From positions 333,025-397,024 of the forward strand of contig CAZRAM010000003.1 of NCBI GenBank assembly GCA_964598145.1: DNA of 64,000 nt, given 5' to 3'. The DNA is from an uncultured Pseudomonadales bacterium (GTDB lineage Bacteria > Pseudomonadota > Gammaproteobacteria > Pseudomonadales > JAHEIH01). The position numbers were made by a program, and so were the translations under genes. The notes under the pieces were generated by a model that saw only the letters and a list, made by a program, of their open reading frames with translations, ran no database searches and had not been told where the DNA came from. Below, piece after piece: positions 8,963 through 19,404 of the stretch; positions within the stretch are counted from its first letter, which is position 1, and every line of letters starts with the position of its first letter.

Positions 8963-9550
8963 TTACTTCTTAATTTTGTAAATCGCGGTAGTGCCAAGCA
9001 GGTTGGGGAGGCTCTCGGTCAACCAGTTGCTGTCGCCGTCTTCGTTAACCACCACGCGCTCAACGATGGTGATGCCCAAGTCGCGGCACAGTTGTTCGAA
9101 ATCCAGCACCGTACAAAAGTGGATGTTGGGGGTGTCGTACCACGAATAGGGCATGAATTTAGACACCGGCATGCGGCCGCGGAAGCCCAAGTAATAGCGG
9201 CAGCGCCAGTTGGCAAAGTTGGGGAAGGCCACCACGCCTTCGCGGCCAACGCGCAGCAGTTCCAGCAAGACTTTGTCCGGGTAGTGCACCGCTTGCAGGG
9301 TCTGGGTCATGACCACCATGTCCATGCTCTTATCGGCAAAGTTGGCGAGCCCCAAATCGAGGTTTTGCTCGATCACACTGAGGCCCTTTTCAACGCAGGC
9401 TTGGATATTGTCGGGGCTGATTTCTAGTCCAACACAGGTGTGGCCGTCGCCACTGAGCAACTGCATCAATGAGCCGTCACCGCAACCTAAGTCCAATACT
9501 CGGCTGTTGGGCGCGACCCAGCCGCGGATAATTTCGTGATCGACGCGCAT
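8963..9550 (-). CDS. metW: Methionine biosynthesis protein MetW
   Basis: The ORF track gives 8963..9670. The ATG at 9550 (MRVDHEIIRGWV) removes the overlap with metX. SAM-methyltransferase-like LDLGCGDG. It is the standard metX partner. Confidence 0.85.
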   Translation of the reverse strand: MRVDHEIIRGWVAPNSRVLDLGCGDGSLMQLLSGDGHTCVGLEISPDNIQACVEKGLSVIEQNLDLGLANFADKSMDMVVMTQTLQAVHYPDKVLLELLRVGREGVVAFPNFANWRCRYYLGFRGRMPVSKFMPYSWYDTPNIHFCTVLDFEQLCRDLGITIVERVVVNEDGDSNWLTESLPNLLGTTAIYKIKK

Positions 9551-9551
9551 A

Positions 9552-10712
9552 TTAGGCTGCCCCTCCCAGTGATTTGGCCACATTGTCCATGAAGCCCCGG
9601 AACAGGGCTTCGTAGCGAGGGTTGGGTAGCAAGAACGCATCGTGGCCGTAGCTTGATTCAATGTCGGCAAATGTCACCGGGCGGCCAGCGGCTAACAGGG
9701 CTTGCACGATTTCACGCGAGCGCTCCGGCGAAAAGCGCCAGTCGGTGGTGAAAGAGATCACCAAGAAGGGGCATGTCGCATGAGAGAAGGCCAGGGCCGG
9801 ATCGTCCCCGTACTCGCGCGCCAAATCGAAGTAGTCCAAGGCGCGAGTCATCAGCATGTAGGTGTTGGCATCAAAGGTTTCGGCAAACGATTCACCTTGG
9901 TGGTTGAGGTAGCTTTCCACCTGAAATTCGTAGTCGTTCTGCGTGCCTAGGGTGAAATCCCCTCGTTTCAATTCGCGGCCGAAGCGTTCGCCCATCACGT
10001 CGTCGGACAAATAGGTGACGTGGGCGATTTTGCGCGCCAGCGACAGACCGCTGCGCGGCTTGCTGTCGACCTGGTAAAAGTGGCCGTCGTGCCATTCCGG
10101 GTCGCGGCTAATGGCGCTGCGGGCGATATTGTTGAAGGCAATGTTCTGTGAGCTTAGCTTCATGGCGGAGGCGACCACAACGCAAGCGCCGACGCGCTCG
10201 GGGTACTCCAGCGTCCAACGCATGGCCTGCATGCCGCCAAGGCTACCACCGACCACCGCGGCCAGTTTGTCGATGCCCAATTTATCGAGCAGTTTGGCCT
10301 GGCTGTTAACCCAGTCGCGCACCCGTAATACCGGGAAATCAGACCCCCACAGCTTGCCGCTCGCGGGGTTAATGGTGTTGGGGCCGGTACTGCCGTGGCA
10401 GCCACCCAGATTGTTCAGCGCGATTACGTGAAATTTGTTGGTATCAATGGGTTTGTTAGGGCCGATGTAGTGGTCCCACCAGCCGGGACGCTTGTCGTCT
10501 TCGCTGTGGTAACCCGCGGCGTGGTGATGACCGCTGAGGGCATGGCAGATCAGCACGGCATTGCTCTTGTCGGCGTTCAATTCACCATAGGTTTCGTACA
10601 CCAGTTGGTATTGGTCGAGTTGGCCCCCGTTGGACAGCGGCAGCGGCTCATCGAACTGCGCCACCTGTGGGGTAACAATGCCGACCGAGTTCGGCGCGTT
10701 GTGATCAGTCAT
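9552..10712 (-). CDS. metX: Homoserine O-acyltransferase MetX (acetyl/succinyl specificity not resolvable by eye)
   Basis: 386 aa alpha/beta hydrolase with the GGSLGGMQA nucleophile elbow and an N-terminus typical of MetX. It is adjacent to metW. Confidence 0.9.
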   Translation of the reverse strand: MTDHNAPNSVGIVTPQVAQFDEPLPLSNGGQLDQYQLVYETYGELNADKSNAVLICHALSGHHHAAGYHSEDDKRPGWWDHYIGPNKPIDTNKFHVIALNNLGGCHGSTGPNTINPASGKLWGSDFPVLRVRDWVNSQAKLLDKLGIDKLAAVVGGSLGGMQAMRWTLEYPERVGACVVVASAMKLSSQNIAFNNIARSAISRDPEWHDGHFYQVDSKPRSGLSLARKIAHVTYLSDDVMGERFGRELKRGDFTLGTQNDYEFQVESYLNHQGESFAETFDANTYMLMTRALDYFDLAREYGDDPALAFSHATCPFLVISFTTDWRFSPERSREIVQALLAAGRPVTFADIESSYGHDAFLLPNPRYEALFRGFMDNVAKSLGGAA

Positions 10713-10720
10713 GGTGTTCC

Positions 10721-11308
10721 TTAGATGCCGAGTACCAACCCCGCGGGCAGGCTAACGCTGGCGGCGGCGTGGGAAAGCAAAATCTTGGCGATGTTGATGC
10801 CGATAAACGCAAAAATAGGCGATATATCCAAACCACCCATTGAAGGAATGATGGCCTGAATGGGGCGCATGATGGGTGCGACAAGCTGTGAAATTAACAG
10901 TACCGCGGGGTTGTAACTGCCGGGGGCAATCCAACTCAAAATTATCGACGCCAGTAGGGCGACAAAGTACAGATTGATCACCATCGATACCAGTCCAATC
11001 AGACCCCAAAGTGCCAGCATGGCGGGGTTGTAGAAGCCGTAGCCTTGCATCAGTAACAAGATGGTCATCGCCACCACTTGCAGGATCACACCGAGTACCA
11101 CCGAGGCGAGGTCAAAACCGCCTAGGCCGGGCACCACTTTGCGAACGGGCTTCAGCAGCGGGTTGGTTGCTTTGACGATAAATTGCGAGATCGGATTGTA
11201 GAAATCCGCCCGGGCCACTTGCAGTAGGAAGCGGGCCACCACCACAAACAGGTAGAGCTCAAACAGCGTTTGAACTAAGTACGTGCCTATGTCGGTTAAT
11301 GCACCCAT
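10721..11308 (-). CDS. yggT: YggT family membrane protein
   Basis: 195 aa, multi-pass hydrophobic, in the conserved yggS-proC-yggT cluster. Confidence 0.8.
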   Translation of the reverse strand: MGALTDIGTYLVQTLFELYLFVVVARFLLQVARADFYNPISQFIVKATNPLLKPVRKVVPGLGGFDLASVVLGVILQVVAMTILLLMQGYGFYNPAMLALWGLIGLVSMVINLYFVALLASIILSWIAPGSYNPAVLLISQLVAPIMRPIQAIIPSMGGLDISPIFAFIGINIAKILLSHAAASVSLPAGLVLGI

Positions 11309-11323
11309 GAATCCTCTCCTTGA

Positions 11324-12142
11324 TTAACTGAACAGTGTGCTCATTTCTTGTGAGCGCGCCACGGCGGTGCGCATCGCTTTGGTAACTATAGCGGCTAAAT
11401 CATCTGCCTCAAAGGATTGAATCGCTCTTTCAGTCACGCCGTTAGGGGAAGTGACGCGGCGGCGTAGCTCGACGACATCGACTTCGGTCTCGCTCGCCAT
11501 ACGCGCGGCGCCCAGCACGGTTTGCAGGGCTAACTGTTCGGCGGTGTCGCGGCTTAGGCCACAGGCTTCACCGGCTTCGATCATGCACTGGGTAAATAAA
11601 AATACATAGGCAGGGCCGCTGCCGGACACAGCGGTCACCGCGTGTAGCTCGTCTTCCTGCTGGCACCACACCACAATGCCGACCGCGGCCATGATGCGAT
11701 CGGCGATGGCGCGTTGCTCCTTATTGCACTGGGCGTTGGCGTAAAGGCCTGAGGCTCCGGCGCGCAATTGACTCGGGGTGTTGGGCATACAGCGCACGAT
11801 GGCGCAATCGCGGCCCACCCAGTTCGCAATACTGGCCGCTGTCACCCCGGCGGCCACCGATATAATGAGTTTATTGGCCAGTGCATCGGCGTGTTCGAGT
11901 ACCAGGTCTTTCAGCATTTGTGGCTTCACCGCCAGCACGATGACATCAGCCACAGCGATGGCCTCGCCGTTGTTGTCGCTGACGTGGATGTCGCCCAAAG
12001 CACGGGCGCGTGCCTGGTTGGCCTCACTGCGCGCGGTAGCGGTAATCTGTTGGGCAGGGTAGCCCTCGGCCAGTAGGCCGCCGATGATACTGCCGGCCAT
12101 GTTGCCGGTGCCGATGAAGGCGATGCTTGGGGTGTGGCTCAT
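11324..12142 (-). CDS. proC: Pyrroline-5-carboxylate reductase
   Basis: 272 aa with IAFIGTGNMAGSII NADP fold, MPNTP, and TSPNGVTERAI. Confidence 0.9.
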   Translation of the reverse strand: MSHTPSIAFIGTGNMAGSIIGGLLAEGYPAQQITATARSEANQARARALGDIHVSDNNGEAIAVADVIVLAVKPQMLKDLVLEHADALANKLIISVAAGVTAASIANWVGRDCAIVRCMPNTPSQLRAGASGLYANAQCNKEQRAIADRIMAAVGIVVWCQQEDELHAVTAVSGSGPAYVFLFTQCMIEAGEACGLSRDTAEQLALQTVLGAARMASETEVDVVELRRRVTSPNGVTERAIQSFEADDLAAIVTKAMRTAVARSQEMSTLFS

Positions 12143-12825
12143 TGTCTTGCTCCAAAAATATCGGTGCCAATACGCACCATGGTGGCGCCTTCGTGGACGG
12201 CGGCTTCTAAATCGCCGGACATGCCCATGGAAAGGGTGTCGCAGCTAGGGAATTGCAGTTTAACGGCGTTGAAAATGGCGCTGACCTCAGCAAAATTGCG
12301 GCGTTGGGTGGCGATGTCGTCGCTGTGCTCGGGAATAGCCATCACGCCACGTAGGGTTAAATTGGGGTGTTCTGCCACCGCTGCCGCCAGCGCCAACACG
12401 TCTGCCACACTATCGACGCCGCCTTTGCTGGCTTCGTCGTTGACATTGATTTGAATACATACCTGCAGCGGCGCCTTATCGGCGGGGCGTTGCTCTGCTA
12501 GGCGGCGGGCAATTTTGGCGCGGTCGACGCTGTGCACCCAGTCGAAGTGTTCAGCGATGGGTCGAGTTTTATTGGATTGAATTTGGCCGATGAAGTGCCA
12601 GCGGATATCGTCGTGTTCGCAGGCGGCAATTTTCTCCATGGCATCCTGCAAATAGTTTTCTCCAAAGTCGCGTTGGCCCAACTGGTATACACCTTCCACC
12701 ATGCTCAAGGGCTTGGTTTTTGACACTGCGAGCAGGCTGACGTCGCCGGTTTGGCGGCCGGCGTCGGCTTCGGCGGCGCGAATACGTGCCACGACACATT
12801 TATACTGTTGTTCGAGATTCGACAT
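12139..12825 (-). CDS. yggS: YggS family pyridoxal-phosphate homeostasis protein
   Basis: 228 aa with LLAVSKTKP (PLP lysine), FGENYLQ, and WHFIGQIQSNK. Confidence 0.9.
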   Translation of the reverse strand: MSNLEQQYKCVVARIRAAEADAGRQTGDVSLLAVSKTKPLSMVEGVYQLGQRDFGENYLQDAMEKIAACEHDDIRWHFIGQIQSNKTRPIAEHFDWVHSVDRAKIARRLAEQRPADKAPLQVCIQINVNDEASKGGVDSVADVLALAAAVAEHPNLTLRGVMAIPEHSDDIATQRRNFAEVSAIFNAVKLQFPSCDTLSMGMSGDLEAAVHEGATMVRIGTDIFGARQ

Positions 12826-12920
12826 GGTGTTCCATTGGCGAGAGTCTTTAAGGCTGTCTATTATACTTGGGTGAGATTTTATTGCAGCGTTGAATGCTGC
12901 CTCGATACTAGGACGTATTT

Positions 12921-13955
12921 ATGGATATCACGGAATTACTCGCGTTTAGTGCCAAACAAAACGCTTCCGACCTCCACCTTTCCGCTGGCCTGCCGCCGAT
13001 GATCCGCGTAGACGGTGACGTGCGCCGCATCAATTTGCCGCCGCTCGAGCACAAAGAAGTGCACGCCTTGATCTACGAGATCATGAACGACAAGCAACGC
13101 AAGGACTACGAGGAATTCCTTGAAACCGACTTCTCGTTCGAGGTGCCGGGAGTGGCGCGTTTCCGTGTGAACGCCTTCAACCAAAACCGCGGTGCCGGTG
13201 CGGTATTTCGTACCATTCCCTCTAAGGTGTTGACCATGGAAGAGCTGGGTATGGGGCAGGTGTTTAAGGACATCTCCATGACACCGCGCGGTTTGGTGTT
13301 GGTAACAGGTCCGACCGGTTCGGGTAAGTCGACCACGTTGGCGGCGATGATGGATTTCATTAACGACAATAAATACGAGCATATCCTCACCATCGAGGAT
13401 CCCATTGAATTCGTGCACCAGTCGAAAAAATGTCTGGTCAACCAGCGTGAAGTGCACCGCGATACCCTCGGTTTCGCCGAGGCGTTGCGCTCCGCACTTC
13501 GTGAAGACCCCGATATCATCCTGGTGGGTGAGATGCGTGACTTGGAGACCATTCGCTTGGCCTTGACCGCGGCGGAAACCGGTCACTTAGTATTTGGCAC
13601 CTTGCACACCACCTCCGCGGCTAAAACCATCGACCGTGTCATCGACGTGTTCCCCGCCGAAGAAAAAGCCATGGTGCGTTCGATGCTGTCGGAATCGCTG
13701 CAAGCGGTGGTATCGCAAACGCTGCTCAAGAAACAAGGTGGCGGCCGTGTCGCGGCGCACGAGATCATGCGCGGTACACCGGCGATTCGCAACCTGATCC
13801 GCGAAGACAAAATTGCCCAGATGTACTCGGCGATTCAAACCGGTGCGGCGCAGGGCATGCAGACGCTGGATCAGTGTCTTACCACGTTGGTGGAGAAGCG
13901 TATCATCACCCGCGAGGTGGCGCGCGAGAAAGCCAAAGTCCCCACCAATTTCTAG
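12921..13955 (+). CDS. pilT: Type IV pilus retraction ATPase PilT
   Basis: 344 aa with ASDLHLSAGLPPMIRVDG, Walker A GPTGSGKSTT, the Asp box, and AIRNLIREDK, a PilT-specific motif. Confidence 0.93.
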   Translation: MDITELLAFSAKQNASDLHLSAGLPPMIRVDGDVRRINLPPLEHKEVHALIYEIMNDKQRKDYEEFLETDFSFEVPGVARFRVNAFNQNRGAGAVFRTIPSKVLTMEELGMGQVFKDISMTPRGLVLVTGPTGSGKSTTLAAMMDFINDNKYEHILTIEDPIEFVHQSKKCLVNQREVHRDTLGFAEALRSALREDPDIILVGEMRDLETIRLALTAAETGHLVFGTLHTTSAAKTIDRVIDVFPAEEKAMVRSMLSESLQAVVSQTLLKKQGGGRVAAHEIMRGTPAIRNLIREDKIAQMYSAIQTGAAQGMQTLDQCLTTLVEKRIITREVAREKAKVPTNF

Positions 13956-13970
13956 TAAGGCTAAACGCGT

Positions 13971-15086
13971 ATGGATATTCAAAAACTGTTGGCGATGATG
14001 GTCGAAAAAGAGGCCTCGGATTTATTTATTACTGCCGGCAAACCTCCCTGTGTGAAACTGGACGGCAAAATGACCCCCGTCACCAGCCAAGCGCTGAGCC
14101 CAGATCAGGCCATGGAAGTCGTGCTTAGCGTAATGAACGATACGCAACGCGAAGAGTTCAAGCGTACCCGCGAGTGCAACTTTGCGATTACCGCGCGCGG
14201 AACGGGTCGTTTCCGGGTGAGTGCGTTTTATCAGCGCAACATGGTTGGCTTGGTGGCGCGTCGTATCGAAACCCGCATTCCGGTGTCCGAAGAATTGGGT
14301 CTCCCCCCTATCATCAATGACCTGGCGATGACCAAGCGCGGCCTGATTATCTTTGTTGGCGCCACCGGTACCGGTAAATCTACCTCGCTAGCGTCGATGA
14401 TTGGCTACCGCAACCGCAATTCCAAAGGTCATATCATTACCGTTGAAGATCCCATTGAATTCGTCCACCAGCACGAGGGCTGTTTGATCACCCAGCGCGA
14501 GGTGGGCATCGACACCGAGTCTTTTGAGGTGGCGCTGAAGAATATGCTGCGCCAGGCACCCGATGTCATTTTGATTGGTGAGGTGCGCACCCGCGAAACC
14601 ATGGAGCACGCCATTACCTTCGCTGAAACTGGCCACCTGTGTTTGTGTACCTTGCACGCTAACAACGCCAACCAGGCCCTCGACCGGATCATGCACTTCT
14701 TCCCCCACGAGCGACACTCGCAGTTGTGGATGGACTTGTCGCTTAACCTGCGCGGCATGGTCGCCCAGCAATTGGTGCCCCGCGCCGATGGCAACGGCCG
14801 TGTAGCGGCGGTAGAGGTGTTGTTGAACTCACCCTTGGCGTCGGATTTGATTCGCAAGGGTGAAGTACACGCCTTGAAAGAACTGATGTCGAAGTCGACC
14901 GAAATGGGCATGCAAACCTTCGATCAATCGTTGTTTAATCTCTACAAGGCGGGTGTTATTACCTATGAAGACGCCTTGTCGCACGCCGATTCTGCCAACG
15001 ATTTACGCCTGATGATCAAGCTGCAAGATGCCGACGGCGATGAAATGAGCAGCGCGGCGTCGAAACTGAGTCTAGACGACGGTTAA
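13971..15086 (+). CDS. pilU: Type IV pilus ATPase PilU
   Basis: 371 aa PilT paralog with Walker A GATGTGKSTS, immediately after pilT. An acidic C-terminal tail is typical of PilU. Confidence 0.88.
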   Translation: MDIQKLLAMMVEKEASDLFITAGKPPCVKLDGKMTPVTSQALSPDQAMEVVLSVMNDTQREEFKRTRECNFAITARGTGRFRVSAFYQRNMVGLVARRIETRIPVSEELGLPPIINDLAMTKRGLIIFVGATGTGKSTSLASMIGYRNRNSKGHIITVEDPIEFVHQHEGCLITQREVGIDTESFEVALKNMLRQAPDVILIGEVRTRETMEHAITFAETGHLCLCTLHANNANQALDRIMHFFPHERHSQLWMDLSLNLRGMVAQQLVPRADGNGRVAAVEVLLNSPLASDLIRKGEVHALKELMSKSTEMGMQTFDQSLFNLYKAGVITYEDALSHADSANDLRLMIKLQDADGDEMSSAASKLSLDDG

Positions 15087-15505
15087 TACTTGGACTCGAG
15101 CCAAGACTCGACGATGTACTTGGCGGCGATGCTGTCTATCGGATTGTTGCGGTAGTCGCGACTGCCGCCCCGACTCATGACCTCACCCTTGGCTTCGTAG
15201 CTCGACAGCCGTTCGTCCATCATTTCGGTGGCAAGATTGAAACGGCCATTCAGGCGGCGGGCGAATTTCTGCGCGCGAGCGCACATCTCGCTTTCGCTGC
15301 CATCCATATTGAGTGGTAACCCCACTACCGCCAGTTCTGGCTGCCATTCATGAATCAAACGCCCGATTTCGTCCCAGTTAGGCACGCCGTCGCGCGCCTT
15401 CAACGGCTTTAACGGGCGAGCTTCACCCAGCGCGGTTTGGCAGACCGCTACGCCGATGTTGGTGGTGCCGTAGTCGAAGCCTAACACCAGCTTGGGGGTA
15501 CTCAT
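15083..15505 (-). CDS. ruvX: Holliday junction resolvase-like / pre-16S rRNA nuclease RuvX (YqgF)
   Basis: 140 aa with LGFDYGTTNIGVAV and GLPLNMDGSE. Confidence 0.88.
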   Translation of the reverse strand: MSTPKLVLGFDYGTTNIGVAVCQTALGEARPLKPLKARDGVPNWDEIGRLIHEWQPELAVVGLPLNMDGSESEMCARAQKFARRLNGRFNLATEMMDERLSSYEAKGEVMSRGGSRDYRNNPIDSIAAKYIVESWLESKY

Positions 15506-16077
15506 TAGGCGTGTCCTGCTTGGCTGGAAATAAGGTGGTAGTCGATCCCCAGTTGGGCGAGGGCTTTCTCGGCGCGTTGGCTAAACGGCGTATCGAAAAT
15601 AATCGCTTCATTGGCGGGGGCGTTGAGCCAGGCGTTGTCGGCGATTTCTTCCTCTAATTGGCCGGGTCCCCAACCTGCATAGCCGAGGGTGATAATGAAG
15701 TTTTCTGGACCTTCACCCTTGGCGATGGCGTGGATAATGTCGCGCGACGTGGTCAGGCGCAGCCCGTTGGGCATCAACATGCTGGAATCCCACTCGCGGT
15801 CGCCGTCGTGCAAAATAAAACCGCGGTTCATGTTGACCGGGCCACCAGCTAAGACAGTGATGTTTTGACACTCGGGCAGAATATCGACATTTTCATCATC
15901 GAACAGGTCGGCAAACTTGATGTCGGTGGGACGATTGATGACGATGCCGAGGGCACCCTCGCTGTCGTGCTCGCACATGTAGGTGACCGAGCCGGTGAAC
16001 AGGCCGTCCTCTAAGCCGGGCATGGCAACCAGCAGGTTGTCGCGCAGCGAGTCAAATTGTGCTGTGGTATTTTCCAT
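15505..16077 (-). CDS. yqgE: YqgE/AlgH family protein
   Basis: 190 aa with LLVAMPGLEDGLFTGSVTYMCEH, GALGIVINRP, and GYAGWGPGQLEEE. Confidence 0.88.
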   Translation of the reverse strand: MENTTAQFDSLRDNLLVAMPGLEDGLFTGSVTYMCEHDSEGALGIVINRPTDIKFADLFDDENVDILPECQNITVLAGGPVNMNRGFILHDGDREWDSSMLMPNGLRLTTSRDIIHAIAKGEGPENFIITLGYAGWGPGQLEEEIADNAWLNAPANEAIIFDTPFSQRAEKALAQLGIDYHLISSQAGHA

Positions 16078-16091
16078 ACTCAGTTCCTCGC

Positions 16092-16946
16092 TCAGTTTAC
16101 CCTTGATGACAATCGGTCGCGCCTGAACTGCCAGGTGCGGATGATTTCTAATATGTCGGTATCTTTGGCGATTTCAAGAGGCAGTGGTGCAAAAGGTGCC
16201 GCTAATTCCACAATGCCTCGTGCGGCTTGATCGAGTAGGGCATGGCCGGAAGACTGCAGCAAACGCACCTCTTTGACCGAGCCATCTGGCATGAGGGCGA
16301 CCATTAGTCGAACATCGCCCTCTATACCCAGTTGTTTAGCGCGCTGTGGGTAGAAACGGTTACCGGTGTTTTCAATTTGGCGTTGCCATTGCAGTACGTA
16401 GGCCGCGTCCACCGCGCTCTTGGTCGATACCGAAGTGAGGCGCTTCACACGCGGTAGCTTGGCGTAGCTCTGCTTTAGATTGTCTAAGTGGGCTTCCAAA
16501 CTAGCGATGTCCCCGGCGTCTAGTTGTTCGCTCTGTGTCTCGACGCCCAGTTCGTCAGGAGCCTTTTCACGCTCGGCATCCATCCACCAAGGGGCATCAT
16601 CGGCGCTGATGATAGCTTGCTCGTGCACGCTCTGTCGCTGCTCTAGCTGGTGTTGTTGCGGTAGCATTTGATCAGCTTGAAAGGGCGCTTGGTAGGGAGT
16701 GTACAGGGCTTCGCTGCGGGTATTGTCGCCGCTGCCAATTTGATCGGACTGGGCGATAAAGTCGGCCTCTTCAGGCGGTGCAATATCTTGCCGTGTGGCG
16801 AGGGTGATTTCCAGCAGCGGTGCTTTAGCGCGCTGGCTCTGCCACTCAAAACTGACCCCGGCGATGATCACAACGTGCATCGCTAATGCGGCCAAGGTGG
16901 CGGCAGCGAAGGGTTGTTCATAAGCCAGCAGGGTCAGTTTGCGCAT
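16092..16946 (-). CDS. TonB family energy-transducer-like protein (TonB3-like position)
   Basis: 284 aa with an N-terminal anchor helix, a long Q/E/P-rich linker, and a C-terminal TonB fold (YPQRAKQLGIEGDVRLMVALMPDGSVKEVRLLQSSGHALLDQAA). It sits between yqgE and gshB, next to pilG. Confidence 0.75.
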   Translation of the reverse strand: MRKLTLLAYEQPFAAATLAALAMHVVIIAGVSFEWQSQRAKAPLLEITLATRQDIAPPEEADFIAQSDQIGSGDNTRSEALYTPYQAPFQADQMLPQQHQLEQRQSVHEQAIISADDAPWWMDAEREKAPDELGVETQSEQLDAGDIASLEAHLDNLKQSYAKLPRVKRLTSVSTKSAVDAAYVLQWQRQIENTGNRFYPQRAKQLGIEGDVRLMVALMPDGSVKEVRLLQSSGHALLDQAARGIVELAAPFAPLPLEIAKDTDILEIIRTWQFRRDRLSSRVN

Positions 16947-17900
16947 TTATTTTGCCAGTAGTTGTTCGATCACCGTCATAAATTGGCCGCCGATATCAAG
17001 GTCGTGCGCCGCGTCTAACTCGCGGATACAGGTTGGGCTGGTGACGTTGATCTCGGTGAGGTAGTCGCCAATGACATCCAAGCCTACAAAGTATAGACCG
17101 CGTTCGACCAAGGCGGGGCCGACGCGCTCGGCGATCCAGCGCTCGCGATCGGTTAGTGGCATCGGCACTCCCGAGCCTCCGGCGGCCAAATTGCCGCGGG
17201 TCTCACCTTGCGAAGGGATGCGCGCCAACGCGTGTGACACTGGTTTGCCGTTGACCATTAAGATGCGTTTATCGCCGTGCACGATTTCCGGGATGTAGCG
17301 CTGCGCCATAATGGTACGCGACCCAAAATCGGTGAGCGTTTCCAGAATCACACTGACGTTGCTGTCATCGGCCTTGCAGCGGAAGATCGAGCTGCCACCC
17401 ATGCCGTCGAGGGGTTTAAAAATGACATCGCCGTGGGTTTTGTGGAAGGCCTTCAGTCGCGCCATGTCGCCGCTGACTAACAACGGTGGACCGCAGTCGG
17501 GGAATTGGGTGGCAAAGACTTTTTCGTTGCAGTCGCGCAAGCTTTGCGGTTTGTTGCAAATCAACACGCCATCGCGCTCGGCGGCCTCAAGGATATAGGT
17601 GTTGTACACGTACTCGCTGTCAAACGGGGGGTCGCGGCGCATCACAATCACGTCGACGGCTTCGCTTAATACCACATCGTGCTGGGCGCCAAAGTCGTAC
17701 CAGTGCTCGCGGCTATCGTGAACTGTCAGATCGGTTGTGCGCGCTTTGGCCACGCCTTGTTCGATGTACAGATCGGCCGGTTCCATGTAGTGTAGTGACC
17801 AACCGTGCTTCTGCGCAGCGAGCAGCATAGCGAGGCTGCTGTCCTTGTAGGGTTTAATGTTGGCAATCGGGTCCATGACCATGCCGAAACGAATTGTCAT
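16947..17900 (-). CDS. gshB: Glutathione synthetase
   Basis: 317 aa ATP-grasp enzyme with RRDPPFD, KPLDGMGGSSIF, and NLAAGG. Confidence 0.92.
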   Translation of the reverse strand: MTIRFGMVMDPIANIKPYKDSSLAMLLAAQKHGWSLHYMEPADLYIEQGVAKARTTDLTVHDSREHWYDFGAQHDVVLSEAVDVIVMRRDPPFDSEYVYNTYILEAAERDGVLICNKPQSLRDCNEKVFATQFPDCGPPLLVSGDMARLKAFHKTHGDVIFKPLDGMGGSSIFRCKADDSNVSVILETLTDFGSRTIMAQRYIPEIVHGDKRILMVNGKPVSHALARIPSQGETRGNLAAGGSGVPMPLTDRERWIAERVGPALVERGLYFVGLDVIGDYLTEINVTSPTCIRELDAAHDLDIGGQFMTVIEQLLAK

Positions 17901-18047
17901 AGCATTTCCTTAACGCTGGGCGAGACCGTTAAAACTCACCTATAATGATTGATCATTGATAGGCGAATGATAGCACTTGCGGCTGCCGCTGTAAGTCGCG
18001 CAATGTGAGTAGCGCATCCTGATGCGCCGTGCATAGGGAAAAAATAC

Positions 18048-18443
18048 ATGGAAAAGTCCATCGAGCAGTTGACCGTACTGGTTGTCGATGACAGTAAAAC
18101 GATACGTCGCACCGCCGAAACCTTGCTCGGCAAAGAGGGGTGCAGCGTCGTTACTGCGGAAGATGGTTTTGCCGCACTGGCGATGATCGTTGAACACAAA
18201 CCCGATATTATTTTTGTCGATATCATGATGCCCCGCTTGGACGGCTACCAAGTGTGTTCGCTGGTCAAAAACAACGCCCAATTCAAACACACCCCGGTGG
18301 TCATGCTATCTAGCAAAGACGGCTTGTTCGACAAGGCCCGTGGCCGTATTGTGGGCGCTGATCAATACCTCACCAAACCCTTTGGTCGCAATGAATTGCT
18401 GGAAGCCATTCGCGACAATACATCCATTTCCGAAAGCGCATAG
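18048..18443 (+). CDS. pilG: Twitching-motility CheY-like response regulator PilG
   Basis: 131 aa with VDDSKTIR, DIMMPRLDGYQVCSLVKNN, and YLTKPF. Confidence 0.9.
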   Translation: MEKSIEQLTVLVVDDSKTIRRTAETLLGKEGCSVVTAEDGFAALAMIVEHKPDIIFVDIMMPRLDGYQVCSLVKNNAQFKHTPVVMLSSKDGLFDKARGRIVGADQYLTKPFGRNELLEAIRDNTSISESA

Positions 18444-18454
18444 GATAGGCAGTT

Positions 18455-18814
18455 ATGGCTAGGATTCTCATCGTCGACGACTCGGAAACCGAACGCCAAT
18501 ACATGAGCAAATTGCTATTGTCGAAGGGGCATGAACTCATCATCGCCCACGACGCCGAGGAAGGCGTTGTCATGGCGCGCGGGGAATTGCCAGATTTGAT
18601 CTTGATGGACGTAGTCATGCCCGGCATGAATGGTTTTCAAGCGACACGCCAGCTGAGCAAAGATCCCACCACGTCGCATATCCCCATTATTATCGTCAGT
18701 ACCAAGGATCAACAAACCGACCAAATTTGGGCGCAGCGGCAGGGTGCTAAGGCGTACTTGGTAAAACCGGTGAAAAAAGAATTGCTGTTCGCCGAGCTAG
18801 AAAAGTTGTTGTAG
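18455..18814 (+). CDS. pilH: Twitching-motility CheY-like response regulator PilH
   Basis: 119 aa with ILIVDDSETE, LMDVVMPGMNGFQATR, and YLVKP. Confidence 0.9.
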   Translation: MARILIVDDSETERQYMSKLLLSKGHELIIAHDAEEGVVMARGELPDLILMDVVMPGMNGFQATRQLSKDPTTSHIPIIIVSTKDQQTDQIWAQRQGAKAYLVKPVKKELLFAELEKLL

Positions 18815-18824
18815 CAGGTGTCCA

Positions 18825-19400
18825 GTGGCCCAGGATGCTAAACAAGATTTTCAGTACCTGCTCGATGCCTCTGCGCGCTATCGACAACGCGCTAAGCCCT
18901 TGCCAGCGCAGCGAGCCGTAGAGACTTGGTGGCCCGCGCTGATGTTGCAAATTGGCGATTGTCCCTTGATTTGCCGCCAATCCTACATCAACGAAGTTAT
19001 GTCGATGCCCAAATATGCGGTGCTTCCCTCGGCTAACCGATGGGTACTGGGGGTGGCTAATTTGCGCGGCGAGTTGCTGCCGCTGGTGGATGTCGCGGCG
19101 TTTTTAGGATTGCCTGTGACCCCCAGTCACAATCGCCGGGTGTTGGTCTGTCACCACAACGAGCAATGGTTAGGGTTAGTGGTCGATGCGGTGTTCGGCA
19201 TGCAGCGTCTTAAAGATGAACAGCTAGACAACGACCCCGCCTGTCCAACCCAGGCATTACGTGCCTTTGCCGAGCAGAGTGCTATTGTGCGCCGTCGCCG
19301 CCACTGGTTGCTAGACATCGATCGCCTTGTGAGCGACGAGCAATTTACCGAGGTAGGGCGCCAACCCGAGGCGCCTGCCCCACTCCAAAAACAGGGATAA
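18825..19400 (+). CDS. pilI: CheW-like coupling protein PilI
   Basis: 191 aa, GTG start, with a CheW fold signature ([24 protein letters not shown]). It lies between pilH and pilJ. Confidence 0.85.
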   Translation: MAQDAKQDFQYLLDASARYRQRAKPLPAQRAVETWWPALMLQIGDCPLICRQSYINEVMSMPKYAVLPSANRWVLGVANLRGELLPLVDVAAFLGLPVTPSHNRRVLVCHHNEQWLGLVVDAVFGMQRLKDEQLDNDPACPTQALRAFAEQSAIVRRRRHWLLDIDRLVSDEQFTEVGRQPEAPAPLQKQG

Positions 19401-19404
19401 CAAT

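Noticed and set aside
9551-9670. N-terminal 40-codon extension of metW overlapping metX.
   Set aside because: It lies inside the 3-prime end of metX in another frame. ATG 9550 gives the normal roughly 195-aa MetW with a 1-nt gap to metX.
17941-17946. TATAAT hexamer 102 nt upstream of pilG as its promoter.
   Set aside because: There is no acceptable -35 or TGn element at the right spacing. The hexamer could equally be chance in this AT-richer spacer, so it is not reported as a feature.
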